64,000 bases of DNA from positions 17,422,001 to 17,486,000 of the forward strand of contig CM022672.1 in assembly GCA_012295275.1 (NCBI GenBank), given 5' to 3'. This document shows, in pieces, positions 1-15,050 of the stretch. The position numbers and the translations under genes are program-made. The stretch is from Chrysomallon squamiferum. Its lineage: Eukaryota; Animalia; Mollusca. The notes beneath the pieces are model-generated. The model was not told the DNA's origin and ran no database searches. It saw nothing but the letters and a program-made list of their open reading frames with translations. Positions within the stretch are counted from its first letter, which is position 1. Each line of letters begins with the position of its first letter.

Positions 1-480
1 AAGATATAAACTGAAATCAAAATGACAAAACAGCCAGTTTCTAGCGGGGGGATATTTCTAAAGCGCCCGTACAAATAATGCTGGTCAAAATTATGTCCCC
101 TACTGATTGCGAAACAATACAAGTTGATCCCCTTGACACTCTGCTGTAAAGATTATTAAAAGATTCCTTCAGACTGAAAGAGGCGATATCTTGGTAATTA
201 ATTTGATGTATTTGCAAATTATACGTATGAAAGAAAGAGAGAGAGAAAGAGACATGAAGAGAAAGAAGGGTAAATCACAAAACAATGGTTGACAATAATT
301 ATGCTTATTGATTACTTGATACGTGTAAATAATTAATCGGATTAATTAAAACAATTTCCTTCCAAATGAAAATCATTTACTATCTTCACGAAAAACAACA
401 GTATAATAATAATAATTATTATAATAATAATAGTAGTAGTAGTTGTAGTAGTAGCAGCAGCACCAGTAGTATAAATAACT

Positions 481-511
<31 letters not shown>

Positions 512-2744
512 AACTGGTAGTTGTAGGTGTAACAATAACAGAGGTGGGGACAGCGAGACTAGAAATGTCGAGGATGATGATGATGGTGAGAAAGACAGTA
601 GCAGAACAGGGAAGACTCAGAAAGAACAAATGGATTACTGATATTGTCTACAAATCATTTGAAGATTTGTTTATTTCTTTGGTGTACATGGCAGACAAAT
701 TAGAAAACGAATTCAGCATTATCATTATACAATAACCATCAGCTCCGAGCCAAATATGATTTACTTATAAACTAGCCCATCATTCGCGACAGCGGTTCTG
801 TGTAACGGGAAACGATGGAAACGAATAATTACCGTCAAACAAACAAGTCACTGGAAATTGGTTATGCATAAACCAAGAGAAACAAGAATGAATGAATTCC
901 TTCGTCATAATCTCGAAACTCCATCAGTGGTTATTGTCTCTCTCTCTCTCTCTCCACGAATGGGAGACTCCAACAAGGCAGGAAAATAAGTATGCATCGC
1001 AAGGACACGGTAATCTAATTACCGGGACTAAATAATGGTATTCGGCTATTGCCGGTGTAATAGGCAGTTTATCATAGTAGGGAACTGCGACAGCCTCGAC
1101 TATGTAAACCAATCAGTGTCTGCAGTGACCAGAATCAACTCCTGATACATACAGTAAGTCAAATGGTTTCGGTGACCGAACTGCGCTCAAAATGACTAAC
1201 GAAAAACACGGCGAAAATCGATAGCAATTGAGTCTGTCTGTTTAAGTTACGGGTCTGAGAAATGTCGAATGGAAATAAGACTGAACTAACTTTCGTTCAC
1301 TTAAATATTAATGTTTAATTTTTTTTTTTTTTTTTTTTAATTCATCCTTTTGTGATTTAAAGGGGGAAAAAAGAAATAGAAGATGATTGAAAGAGTAAAA
1401 GAAATGGAAAAAAATTGAAACAAAAAAATGAAGAGAGATAACGAGAAAAATAACAACACGTTAATGACAACAATAGTTACGTTAGTTGTGACAAGAGAAT
1501 CACAGAAGCAAAAACTGTACTAAAGATAACAACAGCAATAACTACAGCATAAACACTAATAATGAATCTAATACCTTTCTTTGTTTCTTATTTTTAATCG
1601 CTTTCTGGAATGTATCTTAGTGCAAGCCTGCTCGAATCAGAAATTAAAGGTCTGCAAATCAACCCTTCTCCGAGTGCCATTTTCAACAAGTCTGTGATGT
1701 ATAAATAACGATATTTGATTTTCTTTTTGTTCTGAAATATCACTGGGTTCTTATTTTCCTGACAATATTTTTCAGTTTAATTCTTTGACAGTATCATCAG
1801 AAAATATCCTTTAAAGTTACAAATAAAAGCGATAAAGAAATCATCTCTATTTGTAATAATAACAATAAACATATCTCCAGACATAGAACCGTATATGATC
1901 GGTTCGAACTGAAGTCAAATGTTATTTACAATAAATCACCGGTAATGGGAATAAAATAGACTATGTACGTAATTTGTAAAGCTACAAATAATTATTTACA
2001 CACACGAACATAATAAGGTGTTTAATAAAATAATAAGATGAACGAGACATATAGAATAACGCCGGATGGAGTAAATAAATCGATATAGATTAGTCAAATC
2101 TATTCTGGATTGAAAAAACAAAACAAAAAAATAATAATAGAAAACAGAATTAAAAAAAATTATAAAAATATAAAACCCCACAACAAAACAAACAATATTT
2201 CTATTCATGAACCATAAATGCATATATCATAATGACTTTGTTACGTCAGATTTTGTCATTCATCCCGTTGATACACAAATATCATCAATCATTATTATTT
2301 TCTTAAAGCTCGACGGTATAATTTTTTGTTCAGTTCAAAGTCATAAACAGACAACCGTATCAAAGTGTAGGCGTATAAAACAGAGATGTTCAAACCTCGC
2401 GAATACAATGCATAAATAGCATGGGTAAATGCAATAAAGGGAAAATAGAAAACTACTTAGTAACTAATATACACGTATCATTATTACAAATTATACTCGA
2501 CGCTGGTCTGGCAGTTTCTGAATTAGCCTTCTGATATGTTGCTTAGAGCCGTCGTTTACTGCAACACAACAAAGAAAAGAATTGTCTATGGATGTGTGCA
2601 TAATACCACATTTATTTATCAGTCTGCAAAGCCTGTCTCTCTTTCTGTCTGTCTGTCTACCTATCAGTCTGTCTGTTGGGGGGGGGGTCTGTGTATCTAA
2701 ATATGCATGTCTTGTATGTGTGTTTGTCTGTCAGTGAATGTTTA

Positions 2745-2920
2745 TATATTTGTATGTATGTATGTGTGTGTATGTATGTATGTATGTATGTATACATGTG
2801 TGTATGTATGTATGTATGTATGAATGTATGTATGTATGTATGTATGAATGTATGTATGTATGTATGTATGATGAATGTATGTATGCATGTATGTATGTAT
2901 GTATATTTATATATATGTGC
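2745..2920. repeat. (TATG)n microsatellite
   Basis: Direct inspection; boundaries approximate. Confidence 0.95.
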
Positions 2921-3833
2921 TTGAAGATAATCCCACTATTTTTGCTTTAATAATTTTATAACGCACTAACATTACCAAGGTGCTTCAACAGATGGTACAA
3001 GATCATCTATCAGAAACATTAAATCGATGAAATTTATTCACGGGATAAATGAGATACGGATATAATGAATAAGTGAGACGCTGACAATGAATAAGTGAGA
3101 CGACAACGAGTGTGTGAGAAAACAAGAAGGTGTTGACAATAAACGACTGTGAAACGGGCTGACCGCAGTGTTAACGGAGCGAAAAGCAAGTCCAGCGATT
3201 TAGTATGCATTTATTTATTTATTTATTTATTTATTTACTTCTCCGCTTCTTACGCCAGATGGCGTTTGGTTAATTAATTCGTAAGATCTTTCACTGTTGC
3301 GTTCAAAAATCAACAGTTGCACAGTAATCGTAAATTATTCATTCAGTTTTATTCAAACCGATATTACCAGCTTATGGTGGCTATCATGCACAATTTCCTT
3401 TTCAACGTAATGATAAAAACATTGAGCAAAAAAAAAAAAATAAAAAAATAAATAAAAATGAAGAAAGGGCAGAACAGAAAAGATAAAAATGAAATAAAGA
3501 TAACCTGAAATCGAAATGGAAAGAGCCACTAAAACGATTTAAGATATGTTTATATATTATTATTATTACGTTACGTCTTGGTGTTAATAAAATCGATAAC
3601 CGCATGTTTATCAGATATTAAAACTGGCAGACCGTGAATGCAGATCTTTTCATCCTTATTATCTCAGTGATCATGACCACTGTTATTATTGTTAATATTT
3701 GTTATTGTTACTATTTAATCTTATTCAGCAGATAATGACTGTTTCTAGTAGTTTAGGAGTGAAAATACCATTTATTAGATTTATACGTATGTTCAGAAAT
3801 ACTTATTATAACACCCGACTTCATTCTGGCTTC

Positions 3834-3889
<56 letters not shown>

Positions 3890-4931
3890 CCACACACACA
3901 TACACACACTCAATATGCACTCAGTTTTTTCTAGAAACGATCAAAAATGATAAATTCGCACTGTAACACTGACAATATTGCATACTCATCTTCTCTGCAT
4001 TACAAATTACTTCAGCGAAACTTTTCACATCGAAGCATAAATAAATACTGATTTGTTGTAACAACTGCATAATTATGATATATATATATTTTTTAAAAAG
4101 ACTGACAACAGCCTAAATATATATATATATATATAACAAAATCATTATGCAACAAGCCTAACACTAAAACATATCCTACGCTAAAACGGGCGAAACAGGA
4201 CGAACAAAACGGGCTTCATTAATAATTGCGTTTAATTTACTAATTTCGGGTCGAAGTGTGAGATTTTTCATCTGACAGAATCCTGACATTTTCCTCGGAC
4301 CAGACCGACCAGAGGAGGAGAGAGAAGGAGGTCGTGTTTATCGATTCTTTGTCGAACGTGACGTGAAGTAACGCGCACCAAAGCCAAGGAAAAACAAGTG
4401 CCGACAACTGGCAGATCAATCGATGAAGGGCAAAATTGAATAATCCACAAATTTTCCGGGTGATGCGTGGAGGTGGTCGTGTTTATATGTAAAAATGCGT
4501 ATTGAAATCGATAACAATGAAGAAAATAGTCTTTCAGTTCGTATTTATTTATTTATTTATTTTTTTTTTTTTTTTAAATAAAAACTAATGTTCTTGGAAA
4601 ACAAAAAGAAAATAAATCAAAGTGGATCAGTTAAAAAGAATTAAAAAAAAAAAAAAATGTTTTTACATATATATATATATATAATAAAATAAAAATATAT
4701 ATATATTTTCTCATAAATAACAATTTAAAAACTAGAAGAAAAAATAACAGAAACAATAACAGAATAAAATGAAACAAAAACCAAACCAAACAAACCACAA
4801 AAACCAATAAAAAAAAAAAATAAAAAAACCACTAAATAAATTATAAATAAATAAATAAATAAAAATGAAATAAAAAATAATAATGAAAAAAATAATACAA
4901 AATTAACATACAAAAACATAAAATATTGTGG

Positions 4932-5019
4932 CTGAAAATGTCCATTTTATGCACTGGTGATTTTAAATGCATCGTTTGATGGATTTAAAATCACCAATGC
5001 ATAAAATGGACATTTTCAG
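4932..5019. repeat. Near-perfect inverted repeat (42-bp arms, 4-nt loop)
   Basis: 4932-4973 is the reverse complement of 4978-5019 with 2 mismatches; loop GTTT. Confidence 0.95.
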
Positions 5020-5939
5020 TTTGAAAGATATAGTATACATGTATATATTTATATAAAAAACTTGTTTGTGTGTGTCTATAACATAACTGACGTGTATTAT
5101 AACTCTTCAAAAGAACGGACTAAACTGTGAAAAAAGAAATCTAATCACGTAACTTAGAAATCTTTGGATCATTACGCCCTGACAAATTTTGTAAAATAAT
5201 TAGGTATTTCTTCCTCTACATAATTAATTGTTAATAATACCAAGACTAAATTATTATTATTTTTTTTTTAAAAACAGAAAAAAAAACCCAGAAACATATG
5301 TATGAATCTGTCTGGATCAAAGTGCTGCCTAGTATGACATCGAGGGTCATCAGAAATTTTGAACGATCAGTAGCAACGAGGTTAATGGAATGTTAACCAT
5401 TGGAACTGTGGCAAAAGAACGTGCTATTGGGCGTGTTTTTGTGTCCTAATGGGAAATGTGTGTCGTCTGCGGGGTCAGATCGCGAGGTTCGTGATCACTG
5501 GGTGGGTGAGAGAGAACTGAAGTACATTAACACACGTGCAGAGACCCGCTGTCACTGTGCTGTGCTGTGATTAACGCAGGGGACATTTTAATTAAGCCGG
5601 ATAATAATTCACATCTACACTGTACAGCTTTTTCCTACCACTGCGGCCTGAACCGTGTCTTTATCGCACGGACGAGTCGTAATACGTATCAGAAGCGACC
5701 ATTTTTGTAGTCGAAGCATCGCTAATTAATTGCTGTGCTGAAGAATCTGGATGCAAAATGAAGTTGTTTTTTTTTTTTTTTTTTTTTTCACCCATTAATT
5801 TTAGCAGTCAGAGATTTTTTTTTTTGAAACATTCATTTTATAGATACAGAAAAAAAAACTAAAACAGTTATTAAATTTTATTTAATAGAGCTCTTAACTG
5901 TCATCAAATTATGGAAATATTATATACGTTGATATGCAA

Positions 5940-6052
5940 ATACATATACGTACGTGTATATAACATACATACAAACACACACTTTCATATATACATATAC
6001 AAACATACATACATACATACATACATAATACATACATACATACATACATACA

Positions 6053-6086
<34 letters not shown>

Positions 6087-6310
6087 CATACATATACATA
6101 TACACCCCTCATACATATATAGATACATAGATACATACATCCATACACACACACACACACACATACCCACACTTACATACATACTTACAAACGTAAGTGC
6201 GAACGTACGTACCAACATACCAACATATATACAAACATACGTACGTACGTAACTACCAACACACACATACTTACATTGATACATACATACATATGTACGT
6301 ATATAAATAT
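5940..6310. repeat. (TACA)n/(CA)n compound microsatellite
   Basis: Direct inspection; boundaries approximate. Confidence 0.95.
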
Positions 6311-7167
6311 ATACATATCATTTTTAACACCAACGAATATAGACAATACATAATTATCCTAAGACATTTTACGATGAAAATCGAAACGAAAGAACTAAAA
6401 CCTATTCTGTCTACAGAATGCCTGCCTCAGTGTCGAAATAGAACTGACCGAATAAAGTTTGTTGTGTCAGCTTTGTTTCAGATATCCTCGTGATAGAGAA
6501 TCAACGACAAATCTCATAAATCTGTTTTATTATCACTGACGATTAAATTAATCCTTACTGATCCCCTATCTACTAAAATAGTGGAATAAAGAGTATACTC
6601 CCCACTTACTGATCCTGTTTTATGAACTGAACTTTACGTATCTTGCTAAAAAAAAATGAAATAAAAAGAATTTAATTAATAGAACTCACACACAGATACA
6701 AACATTCTCAGCGTGTATTCATTTATTTGTTTTATCTATCAATATCTGTGTATGTGTGTCTGTCTACACCTTTCTTTCACTCTCGCTGTCACTGTCTGCC
6801 TCCCTCCTTCTCTCTCTTCCTGTCTGTCTTTCTGTCTTTTTCTATGTAAAAGGTATATAATAAAATAGCCTGGGCCTAACTAGGAAGAATGTCTAGTACA
6901 TTCTTTGTAACACATACAGCGAATGATTACAGTATCTTAGAATATCAAACGTAAAGTTTTCAAGGAATGTAGAAAATCAGATTTTTATCCATTTTTATTA
7001 TTGTTTTTATTAATATTGCGAATTAAATCTTTAATACAAAATTTGTTTCACCTATGATTTACTTTCCCTTATATTTTTAGTAATTTTCCTTTCTAATTTC
7101 ATTCACCCTTAAGTGAAATAATTCAGCAGAAAAAAAAAAAAAATAATAATAATAAAAACAAATTTAA

Positions 7168-7199
<32 letters not shown>

Positions 7200-8543
7200 G
7201 ATCAGTTAGATGCTTTGTAAGTACCATGACAATTCTGTTGCAACAGGGATTTTGACCAGTGGTGTAAAAAAAAAACCCTGCAATTGTTGGACATATCAGA
7301 TTTCTGCTGTAAGTACTTGATACAACAAGTACGTATATCCAAAACGAAAATATATATATATAGATATAACAGTTCTAAAATACGTTTAATTTATGTTTCG
7401 AATGATAGATTACAGTACATAATTTTCAGTATGTATGTACATATGCGCCTAATATTAATGTATGTATGCATCTACGTATCCATGCCAGTAAACATAAAGT
7501 AAATATGAAACAAACATGCTGATAGCCGTACTGATATTCTAATTCCTTTTTTGCCTTTTAGCGTGAAACACATTAACGTCTTCCGCCATCAGAACGCGCT
7601 AGGTTGAAAGGTAAAATGACTGGAAGGAAATAAATGTAAATCTAAGAACGCCTGGAGAATTAGAATGGATGTAAACGATCTGCTAACAGCCTCCTGGTAA
7701 TTTCTGATAACCCGATTCCTTATTCCTGATACGTTCTCGTATCAGGGCTTTATAAATCCATTTCATAACTTAATATCAGCCCGACCTCTCCGAACCCGTT
7801 TATAATACTAGCAGTAGCGGCTTGGACGGTGTCTGGAATCATAACCAAAACACGTTTGATTAACGTCTTCGGTTAACGGCTGCCGTTAAATTAGATATTA
7901 AAGAATGTGTATACGGGTTATTTTGACAGAAAAATATTGATTTTGTCCTGTAAGTCATACAAATACAAAAGTATGCCCTCTCTGTGTGTACACAGAGCGA
8001 TCGATTGTAAAATATGATATGCAATGTACATGCCGTTTATTATTATTATTATTATTATTATTATTTTGCTCTGTTTCGGGTGTTATTTTTCTCTCAAGAT
8101 TCGTATTATTTCCTGGATTTTGCTTCGCATGAGTTTAGCTGATAAAAAAAAAAAATATATTGTTTTTGTTTTGATATTGTTTATCTGAAGTCTTTTGAGC
8201 TGTCCGTTTGTCTATTGGTGGAGGATCCATTTATTCGAAACTGAGCAATCCGAAACATTCTTCGAGGAGCCGAGAGAGAGAGTCGTAATTTGGTATTTTT
8301 ACGCATTACCGTCAAAAACAAATTTATTCCATGCAGAAAATTATTAAAACCACATAAGCAGTTCATAAAATATAAAATGGGTTTCTTATTCAGACATAGG
8401 TCCGTCCTTATCTCAGGCTATCTCATTACATTCCGAAATACGAAATATTCACGACCAGTTTATGTATATATATATATATATATATATATACTTTCAGGTC
8501 TATGGAAAGTCACATACAAAACAAATCCATTACCGCTATGAAC

Positions 8544-8597
<54 letters not shown>

Positions 8598-9072
8598 GTT
8601 ATTATTATTTATTTATTTATTTATTTATTTATTCAGTATTCATTTATTTATCCTAATGAACCCGGAAATTTTTCTCGGATGATTTACTGTTTATTTATCC
8701 CATCTCGAAATTTCACACTTTCGTCCTGGTTATTCACATGATTGTGACGTAGTGACGCCCGTTCATTGAAACAGTAGTACACATCGCACGCTCCAATACT
8801 TCGTAATATTCAAAAAATGACAGTGACATAATTACTTTTGTCGTCCATCTGTTGCATACACGCTTCTTTTTTCATTTACTATTTATTCTTCCTGACTTCT
8901 GATCTAGGATATTGCACTTGTGCTTCCTGTTCGCAAGTTTTGCTTGTCACGTGACTGAATATTTATGATTCCCGGAAGTAAGATATAACTCCAGTACAAG
9001 AGTTCTTATTATCTTGGTAATAACAGAATATGATGAAAAAGGTTTTTATAAACACACACACGCGCGCGCAGA

Positions 9073-9124
<52 letters not shown>

Positions 9125-11477
9125 CATTAGTATTAAGGCAGTATTAAATAAATACTTTAAAAAGAGAAGCAAATAACGAAAGGAGAATAGGAAAATATAC
9201 AAAGAAAAAGATTTATTTTATTTATTTATTTATTTTATTTAATTTTATTTTAATTTTATATTTTATTATTATAATTTTTATTCTTAAAACTAATTTATTT
9301 ATTTATTTATTTTTTTTACTTTGGTTATATTTTGTACACAGAATTTTGTTTATAGACGTGAATTAAAATATACGGAAAATTATTCATATAACATGTACTT
9401 TCGCTGTTTTTCTATTCATTTTTCTATTCATCAGCTTGGATTGATGGTGAATTACATAATATATACTATTAAACAACAATTATAATAACTGGATGAAATA
9501 TAATAATAATAATAATAATGAATCCTGTATTCTGTCCCCTGGGATAAAAAAAAAAATCCATCGACATAAACAGTTAAAAAGTAAATAAATAAATAAAACT
9601 AAAAATAGAGAAAATTAAAAATAACCACCTCCACCTACAATTTGTTCGCTTGTTGTTAATCGTGTTTTATTTGTGGAAAATAATCATTGTTATTGAAGCT
9701 CTAGAAAAGCTTATGCGGAAACGTGGGTTCTGATTAGGTTCTTGCGCATGTTAAAGTCAGTTTTCATCTATTCTGAAGCCGAAAAGTGACGGACTGAATC
9801 TAAAGCTTTTTCTGTCTTCTTTTTTCGTAATGCTGCTTAAATGAAAAACCTCAAAAACGGTTCTGGAGATAATTTCGTTCGAAAATGGCTTATAGACTGA
9901 CGCATTTCCAAAAACTATATTTCCTGTATGTGAAAAATAAAAACGTGCCTCGCATAAATAAAATAATTATAACGACCAAAGTAACACACAGACAAGCAGA
10001 AAAAAACCCCAGTCACACAAGCAAACAAACAGTAACTATAAAAACAGAAATAATAATAACAATAATAATCATGGTAACAATAACAACAAATATGAATAAT
10101 GATGATGATGATGATGGTGATGATAATGATGATGGTAATAATATTTTATGCCATTTATAGGTAAACAGAAATTCATTACATGCCATGCTTTTTTTTTTTT
10201 TTTAAGCTTTTAATTCAACTAAGTGTTCCATTACAGAATGTAATGGTCATAAAAGTAAATGTAATAATACTGGATGAACTTATTTGAGACGCATAATCTT
10301 TAGCTGTTATCATATTTAAACCATCACTGTTTATCAGAAACAATAATGAATCGTATGATACTTTAAATTTGTTTTAAAATAATGTCCTGCTATTAAAAAT
10401 ATATTGTTTTTAAATGACAGTATACTATTTAAGCTTTATGACAGTGGTAAAAGAATTCTGGGTCAAATAAATTCACATACAACCGTGATTAAGAGAACAC
10501 ACAAGCCAAACTAAATTTGGAGGTTTTTTTTTTCGTTGTTTGTTTGTTTTTTAAGATATCCTCAAAAGGTATCAGTTGCACAGTTCAGTTTAAAAATACA
10601 GTTTCTACAAAGACAGATACAAATCGGATATGCTTTCTTTTCAAAAATCCCCCACCATCATGTCTACTTTCTGCTTCTATGTCTGCCTAGTGAGTTTTAC
10701 TGTACAGATACATACGAAAATAAATTTACTTATTTCTCAAGGAAGATAAATATATTTCTGTAATAAAGATTTTTTTTTTTGAATGTTAAAACAATAGATA
10801 TACGAGGGTTTGGATCACAGTGAAAGACTGAACATTTTACATGTACGTCACTAAAACATTTACACCAGTAATTTTTTTTGCCCCTGCTGTCTGTTCTGGA
10901 TTATATGAATTTAAACAATTTGTGTCGTAAATAACCTCGGTAATAGGGGCAGTTTTAAAATAATCAATAGGAGGTTATCAAAAATGTATTTCTCGGTCAG
11001 AGAGCTCTGATTAAAATCTTATCTATAATTAGGAATACAGAATTTTCTAAGAAAAAAAAAAAAAAAATACGATTGATATATGCGTGATCTAGTGATTAAA
11101 TGAACGTTTTGTGTCAGACCACGGTCCGGCTGAAATTAAAATGGCATCTCTTTGAGCGAAAATACGTAATTTCAAATCAATTGCCCATTGGGAAAAATGT
11201 GCTTGCGAACCACATCCAGACTGTGTTAACCTAATTTTGTGTATTAACAATTTAGTTCAGTTCTTTTTCACTTCTCTCCCCCCCCCCACCCCGTTAATGT
11301 ATCCTTCTGAGGAGGCGGCACGTTCTCAGGCCTCGGAACATATCAGTTAGAGTTATCTGCCCGTTGCCAATTTATATGAATGTCTGAATAGGTTTTGATC
11401 GAAGAGGAAGATTATAAATAAAAAAATATAGGCCTGAAACAATTGGTTTATCTTTTAAAATAATTATGCCATAAAAA

Positions 11478-11543
<66 letters not shown>

Positions 11544-11854
11544 AATAAATAAAAATAATAATAAATAATTTATTTAATTAATTAAAAAATACAAAACAAA
11601 ACAGATAAATTAAGTCTACTGTTGCCGAAACAAATGAGATCGCTGTTTTTCTATTATATATGAAAACAAACTACTGCGTTAGATTTACTGTAAACTGAAA
11701 TATATAACGTTGTAAACATATCTCTGATATTTATGAAAGGTCTTCTAAAAAAATATCTCTCTTTGATTTACAGTATCTATCCCTCGTTTTTTCTTCACTC
11801 CCTCTTGTTCACGCGCCGCAAGCAGCAAACTCTTAATTTATTTCTTGTTTCAGG

Positions 11855-11886
<32 letters not shown>

Positions 11887-12289
11887 AAATTAACTTGGAT
11901 ATAATATAAATAGAAAAATCAATCAGTCAATCAAGTATAAGTTTTATTTTAATAGACATTTACATGTCTTTGAGCGACCTTTCATCGAGTCCGACACAGT
12001 AACGAAATGAATGACAATACACGCAGAAAATTCTCAGAATAAATTACTCGGTGAAGAAATCTATTTCGTCTTACGCTGCATTTGACAAAGTTAATGTAGC
12101 GTGAAATGATGATTATAATATTCTCTCAAAACGAAATTGGTTTCGTTTTTTTCCCACTTATCTTTCAGCCAATGACATTGTGCGGCGTTTGAGACATGAG
12201 AAGTGACATTTTTATTATACACCACAATTGTCTGAAGTAAAAAAAAAAAACAAAAACACAAAAAAAAAACTCCCAACCAACTAAAAGTT

Positions 12290-12335
12290 TTATTATCTAT
12301 TTCCAGATTTTCTTTTTCAACACAAAAGTGAAACA
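12290..12335 (+). other. Splice acceptor and short 5' leader of the ankyrin exon
   Basis: ttttattatctatttccAG at 12305-12306 lies 29 nt before the ATG, implying an upstream exon. The leader has no in-frame stop, so the CDS could start further upstream. Confidence 0.6.
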
Positions 12336-13865
12336 ATGAATTCAGAGCTGAGCACGTCTTCCGAGGCGCCGATTTTCAAATACGACTTAGTTGACATCCA
12401 GGACATACGAACATCGTTCAGTTCTCCGGCAAACGCCGACACTTTAGCCATTCCTACTGCTTCGTACAGAACAAGCTCTGACGGAAGATGTCAAGACGAC
12501 AACAGCAGGGGATGGCTTCACCGCGGCAGCACGGTGTCCTCCATTTCGGACATGACAGCGGAGGAACAGCAACTCCAGCTGGCCTTGGTGGGCAACAACA
12601 CGATTAAGCTGAGGAAGATAATCCACCTCCACCACAATCACTTCGCTCTGAACCTTCACGAGACGCTTCTGGACAAGGTGAGTTGCGAGTCTGGAAGTCG
12701 ATGCATCAGCCAAGACTTCGAGATCCTCTTGACAAAAAGTCAGACGCTGCTGGATCACTGGGGAAGCTCGTCCGCCTTGGACGTGCCCGACGTCGCCAGC
12801 GTTCAGTCGACGTTCCGCAAAGCTCTGCACATAGCGGTGCACCACAACTCCATAGACGCCATCAAGTTGCTTCTCAAATTCGGAGTGGACCCGTGTTATC
12901 CCCGGACGAATCTTCTACCTGAGTATCGTAACAACAAAACTACCAGCAGAGACGATTTATCGAGTCCTTCGCGAACTGACGAAACGAGTCCCATCAAGGC
13001 CGGTTTAAACAGAGGCGAACACCGTAATCGATCCCGTACCCGTGATAATGCGGTTCAAACCGATCCACAAAACCGTTCGCCGCATCAATTATGCGATGAC
13101 CACAGCGCCAGTCGGCAGACGACAGAAACATTCGATTCCCCGTCAGAACGGCTATACGATATCGCGGAGTCGACAAGAGAGGACAGTTTCGATTTGATAG
13201 GATATTATACCACGGAAGAACTGTTTTCACTGCCGCCCTTGTTTCTGGCGGTGATAGAAGGCAGAGCCAAAGCTCTCCAGTTATTGCTGCGCTTCGGTGC
13301 CGAGTCCAACGTGCGCGACAAAAACGGATATTCTCCACTGTTACTAGCGACGAAACCGGAGTACTTCAATATTACGTGTGTGACTCAACTCATAGCAAAT
13401 GGCGCTCAGATTCACCTGAAAAATAATATCGGAGAAAGTGCGTTTATCTCGTACCCGGAGGCAGAGCTGATTCAGAAATCACTGGTTTTGAGTGCTCTGT
13501 CGAGTCATTCGGACTGCAATACACAAAACAAACATGGGAATAGGTATGTTTCGGCATGTCACGATAATAGCAGAACTGGTAGTTTTACCAGGTTTTTCAA
13601 ACGATTAAGCTCCAATCCCAGCGTTAAGGGACACAGAAAGGTCTCCAAGCAGAGAACACACAGTCTCGACAGCATCCATTCCAACCAGCACAATGTTTTT
13701 TCAGTCAGCGATCCTGGAAAAATAATTGTTGATGTAAATTCTGGAAATGAGGACTTCGGTATTCATGTTTGTGACATGAGAGAGTGGTCCACAAATGATT
13801 CTATTGGAAGTGTTATAAGCAAACGTGTTTCAAATATACAATCCAAGACCAGTGACACTGTTTCG
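12336..13865 (+). CDS. Coding exon (510 codons) of an ankyrin-repeat protein; gene continues downstream
   Basis: This is the only long non-repetitive ORF and is clearly GC/CpG-richer than its flanks. Ankyrin motifs occur at ~12822-12893 (ALHIAVHHNSIDAIKLLLKFGVDP) and ~13230-13445 (LPPLFLAVIEGRAKALQLLLRFGAESNVRDKNGYSPLLLA...LIANGAQIHLKNNIGESAF). The start has A at -3 (AAACAATG). A perfect donor TCG|GTAAGT at 13865/13866 (phase 0) means ORF residues beyond ...SDTVS are intronic read-through. Confidence 0.9.
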
Positions 13866-14295
13866 GTAAGTCTTTCCTTGTTGTTTCTTTGCTTGGGCAT
13901 GATATTACACACACTCAAATACCCACAAACACACATCGTGTGTGTGTGTGTGTGTTTATAAGCGTATCTACAAAGAATAAGTAATACATGTTTTCTTTGA
14001 CTAAAGGTAGATGCAGAGTTAACTCATTATAGAATAATTAAATGATTAATTGGTTCCTTAAAACACTGAACATATTTAAAGAACAAAATGGATGATATCC
14101 AAGTTCTTTAGTGGTAATGAGAGTAATATATCTATATACTTGAAACTTCTTTTTCTTATGTGCTATGAGCTGTAGATTCTGTGTGTTGTTAACAATGTTC
14201 CTCAGTTCACAATGTCATTCGTGCATGTGCATGCCAGTCAGGAAACCTGATTATTTGTTTCCGTCAAAGAAACAGTTATCCAATCAACTGTATAC

Positions 14296-14329
<34 letters not shown>

Positions 14330-14686
14330 GCGAAAGCGCACGCACACACACACATATACAAAAACACATACATATATTCATAGACATACCTGCATACACA
14401 CATTCGTACCCTTGTAGATCAAAACAAAATAAACAAACAATCCTATTGATCTTAAAAACCAAAATATCGGTGTAGTCAGTGCTTGTTTAGAGTTTTGTTT
14501 GTAAGAGTTTCTCGTTGCTCGGTAACCATATTTGTCTTACTATTGTCATAATTTATGGCGTGAGATACACTGAGTGTGTGATACACCGAAATAAATTATT
14601 ACACTGATGATCATAACCTGGCGACCGAAATCTCATAATTAATGTTACACATGTCAGTTATTAAATGTTTAAAAAAAATAAAAAAT

Positions 14687-14721
<35 letters not shown>

Positions 14722-14799
14722 TTTTTTTAAAGGTAGGTGAATAAATTACAGGCATCGTATATTCTGTGAAACCTTCTTTTATTTCCCAATCTCTCACTT

Positions 14800-15050
<251 letters not shown>

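Noticed and set aside
1113-1159. Possible non-coding first exon (TCAGT...ACA|GTAAGT)
   Set aside because: Several other GTAAGT sites lie upstream of the gene, and I cannot choose among them without transcript data.
3064-3103. Small tandem duplications (22 bp here, 18 bp near 50233, 13 bp at 63032)
   Set aside because: Real but ordinary slippage products.
7725-7746. 9-bp stem hairpin as a Helitron end or terminator
   Set aside because: No correctly spaced CTRR terminus follows, and intrinsic terminators do not apply in this eukaryotic context.
12444-13338. Antisense and alternative-frame ORFs (133, 79 and 114 aa) overlapping the ankyrin exon
   Set aside because: Shadow ORFs expected in GC-richer coding DNA; no recognisable motifs.
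13866-13961. Hydrophobic C-terminal tail of the 541-aa ORF as a membrane anchor
   Set aside because: It lies after a perfect GTAAGT donor and runs into (GT)n, so it is most likely intronic read-through.
14565-14645. Hammerhead-like CTGATGA...GAAA
   Set aside because: Stems I to III cannot be formed convincingly.
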